Origin: Eledone cirrhosa | Lineage: Eukaryota | Reading direction: 5' to 3' | DNA: 64,000 bases | NCBI GenBank assembly: GCA_964016885.1 | Contig: OZ024741.1 | Coordinates: forward strand, 400,396,001-400,460,000 | Shown here: one piece after another, positions 60,401 to 64,000 of the stretch | Numbering within the stretch: the stretch's first letter is position 1 | Layout of the letters: each line of letters opens with the position of its first letter | Program-made: the position numbers and the translations under genes | Notes under the pieces: model-generated | Databases searched by the model: none | What the model was told of the DNA's origin: nothing | The model's input: the letters and a program-made list of their open reading frames with translations, nothing else

Positions 60401-62895
60401 GCTAACCTTACCAAGGTACCAAATAATGCTGCAGGTGAGAATGCTTGGCTGTTCCACCATCTGAGCCATGCTATCACCCCTAGCCTTACCAAGGTACCAA
60501 GTAATGCTACAGGGGATAGTGCTTGGCTGTTCCACCACCTTAGCCATGCTATCACCCCTAGCCTTACCAAGGTACCAAATAATGCTCCAGGTGAGAGTGC
60601 TTGGCTGTTCCACCACCTTAGCCATGCTATCACCCCTAGCCTTACTAAGGTACCAAGTAATGCTCCAGGCGAGAGTGCTTGGCTGTTCCACTACATTAGC
60701 CATGCTATCACCCCTAGACTTACCAAGGTACCAAATAATGCTCCAGGTGAGAGTGCTTGGTTGTTCCACCACCTTAGTCACGCTATCACCCCTAGCCTTA
60801 CCAAGGTACCAAGTAATGCCCCAGGTGAGAGTGCTTGGCTGTTCCACCACCTTAGCCATGCTATCACCCCTAGCCTTACCAAGGTACCAAGTAATGCTCC
60901 AGGTGAGAGTGCTTGGCTGTTCCACCACCTTCGTCTCACTATCAACTCTGGCCCTACCAAGGTACCAAGTAAAGCTCCGGTGTTAGTGCTTGGCTATTCC
61001 ACCACCTTAGTCTCACTATCACCCCTAGCCTTACCAAGGTACCAAGTAATACTCCAGGTGAGAGTGCTTGGCTGTTCCACCACCTTAGCCATGCTATAAC
61101 CCCTAGCCTTACCAAGGTACCAAGTAATGCTCCAGGTGAGAGTGCTTGGCTGTTCCACCACCTTAGCCATGCTATCACTTCTGGCCTTACCAAGGTACCA
61201 AGTAATGCTCCAGGTGAGAGTGCTTGGCTGTTCCACCACCTTCGTCTCACTATCAACTCTGGCCCTACCAAGGTACCAAGTAAAGCTCCGGTGTTAGTGC
61301 TTGGCTATTCCACCACCTTAGTCTAACTATCACCCCTAGCCTTACCAAGGTACCAAGTAATACTCCAGGTGAGAGTGCTTGGCTGTTCCACCACCTTAGC
61401 CATGCTATAACCCCTAGCCTTACCAAGGTACCAAGTAATGCTCCAGGTGAGAGTGCTTGGCTGTTCCACCACCTTAGCCATGCTATCACTTCTGGCCTTA
61501 CCAAGGTACCAAGTAATGCTCCAGGTGAGAGTGCTTGGCTGTTCCACCACCTTCGTCTCACTATCAACTCTGGCCCTACCAAGGTACCAAGTAAAGCTCC
61601 GGTGTTAGTGCTTGGCTATTCCACCACCTTAGTCTAACTATCACCCCTAGCCTTACCAAGGTACCAAGTAATACTCCAGGTGAGAGTGCTTGGCTGTTCC
61701 ACCACCTTAGCCATGCTATAACCCCTAGCCTTACCAAGGTACCAAGTAATGCTCCAGGTGAGAGTGCTTGGCTGTTCCACCACCTTAGCCATGCTATCAC
61801 TTCTGGCCTTACCAAGGTACCAAGTAATGCTCCAGGTGAGAGTGCTTGGCTGTTCCACCACCTTAGCCATGCTATCACTTCTGGCCTTAACAAGGTATGT
61901 AGTGATGCTCTAGGTGAGAGTGCTTGGTTGTTCAACTGTCTTAGTCACGCTATCCCTCCTGCCCTTACCAAGGTATGTGGTGATGCTCCAGGTGAGAGTG
62001 CTTGGCTGTTCCACCACCTTAGTCTCACTATCATCCCTGGTCTTACCAAAGGTACCAAGTAATGCTCCAGGTGAGTGTGCTTGGCTGTTCCACCACCTTG
62101 CCATGCTATCACCTCTAGCCTTACCAAGGTACGAAATAATACTCCGGGTGAGAATGCTTGGCTGTTCCACCACCTTAGTCACGCTATCACTCCTGGACTT
62201 ACCAAGGTATGTTGTGATGCTCTAGGTGAGAGTGCTTGGTTGTTCAACTGTCTTAGTCACGCTATCACTCCTGGCCTTACGAAGGTATGTTGTGATGCTC
62301 TACGTGAGAGTGCTTGGTTGTTCAACTGTCTTAGATACGCTTTCACTCCTGGTCTTACCAAGGTATGTTGTGATGCTCTACGTGAGAGTGCTTGTTTGCT
62401 TCACCACCCTAGTCTCACTATCATCCCTGGCCTTACCAAGGTATGTGGTGATGCTCCAGGTGAGAGTGCTTGGCTGTTCCACCACCTTAGTCTCACTATC
62501 ATCCCTGGCTTTACCAAGGTACCAAGTAATGCTCCAGGTGAGAGTGCTTGGCTGTTCCACCACCTTAGTTTTACTGTCATCCCTGGCTTTACCAAGGTAC
62601 CAAGTAATTCTCCAGGTGAGAGTGCTTGGCTGTTCCACCACCTTAGTCTCACTATCATCCCTAGCCTTACCAAGGTACCAAGTAATGCTCCAGGTGGGAG
62701 TGATTGGTTGTTCCACTGACTTAATCACTCTATCACCCCTGGCCTTACCAAGGTATGTGGTGATGCTCCAGGTGAGAATGCTTGTTTGATCCACAACCTT
62801 AGCCATGCTATAACCCCCAGCATTTACCATGTATGTTGTGATGCTCCAGCTGAGAGTGCTTGGTTATGCCAGTGCCTTAGCCACGCTATCACCTG
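54427..62895. repeat. 78-bp satellite array, ~8.5 kb, roughly 108 units
   Basis: Unit ccaggtgagagtgcttggctgttccaccaccttagccatgctatcacccctagccttaccaaggtaccaagtaatgct; 26-aa periodicity in the ORF track; degenerate edges. Confidence 0.98.
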
Positions 62896-63381
62896 CAGTA
62901 ACACTGCTAGTGTGTTGGCTTGCCACAAAAGGTATTAGAGGGAGGCAGTGAAATCTACTTCCATTACTATTTATTATTTTATCTAAAACATTAAATATTG
63001 TATATTTTATTTGTGAATACTTTCATTCTGTAAGAATTATAAATGATTGGTAATGTTATTTAAACAACAGTGAACATCAAACAACAAAATAGTTGCCATG
63101 ACACACAGACACAGACACATATATACATACAGATATATATATAACCCATGCCCATCTAACCCATGCTAGCGAGGAAAATGATGATGATATTCCAATATAT
63201 ATATATATCTATATATATGTAAAAGGTAAACAGAAATAACAACACAATCAGTACAGTATATGGAAAGTATATATTAGGTTAACGCTTGATATAGCGGGAA
63301 GAGGGTCTTAATGTTTCGGACGTTAGAATGAGAAATAATATAGATTGAGAGGATGGGCGGGTTGGAATTATATATATATAT

Positions 63382-63555
63382 TCCACACTGTAAATGTTGT
63401 TGGCGTTGGGAAGGGCATCCAGCCGTAGAAAACCTGCCAGATAGTCCTATATGAGCGAGACACGGTCACCCGACCAACCTTGCCTCAAGTGGGACAATTC
63501 CCGTCTAACCCATGCTAGCATGGAAGATAGACATTAAACAATGATGATGATGATG
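63382..63555 (+). mobile_element. RTE 3' tail fragment
   Basis: Similar to 28055-28240. Confidence 0.85.
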
Positions 63556-63815
63556 AAATATAAGCAAATAATTGAATGAAGGAGTTAGAAGCCATTAAAA
63601 CAATTCGTTATATTGAGCTATATAAAGAATTGTTTTAACGGCTTCTAACTCCTTCAATTATTCATTTGCTTATTCCCGCTCTGCTTAAACCATACGCTAT
63701 ATTTAACTCTGCTAACCCAAGCATTGAGCACACTCCGCTTTGGCTATTGGTATTTAGTAATCTGTATTGCACCTCTTTGTACTTCTCTGCTTACTCCTCT
63801 CCTACGATACTTTAT

Positions 63816-63936
63816 TCTGAGTTCAAATCCCACCGAGGTTAACTTTGCCTTTCATCCTTACGGGGTCGAAAAAATAAAGTTCCAGTAATGCACTGATTAT
63901 TTGCTGGCCTTGTGCCAAAAGTAGAAACAATTATTA
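63816..63936 (+). mobile_element. SINE family A (5'-truncated)
   Basis: Same consensus. Confidence 0.85.
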
Positions 63937-64000
63937 TATATATAATATATATATATGGAGGCTCATGGAGGCTTAGTGGTTAGAGCATTGGCCTGTCAAT

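Noticed and set aside
54624-62830. Many long ORFs with 26-aa repeats (LQVRVLGCSTT..., APGESAWLFHH...)
   Set aside because: Consequence of a 78-bp unit open in several frames on both strands; frequent 1-bp indels switch frames, so there is no sign of coding constraint.
54427-62895. CRISPR-like array
   Set aside because: Contiguous tandem monomers without unique spacers; eukaryotic context and no cas genes.

Overview
Eukaryotic, AT-rich, repeat-dense animal DNA. The (TA)n tracts, tRNA-SINE families, RTE LINEs and Penelope-like elements suggest a coleoid cephalopod such as Octopus (inference, not proven). One host gene is present: the last nine coding exons of the meiotic MutS homolog MSH4 on the + strand (5256..43480). 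They were read directly from the sequence, with canonical GT-AG sites, consistent phases, and Walker A (GPNM|SGKS), DELGRG and VTHF motifs. The introns and downstream region hold Penelope-like elements (PLEs) of two clades, RTE and CR1-type LINEs, two tRNA-derived SINE families, a TTAA piggyBac-type MITE, several minisatellites and an ~8.5-kb 78-bp satellite. The most striking signal is a set of minimal type I hammerhead ribozyme (HHR) motifs in PLE termini, several with variant cores. Linked to these are short fold-back palindromes in (TA)n tracts whose apex lies in the ribozyme, a ~414-bp ORF-less retrozyme-like unit, and a U6 snRNA 3' fragment with the same fold-back architecture. Most ORFs in the supplied track are repeat artefacts.
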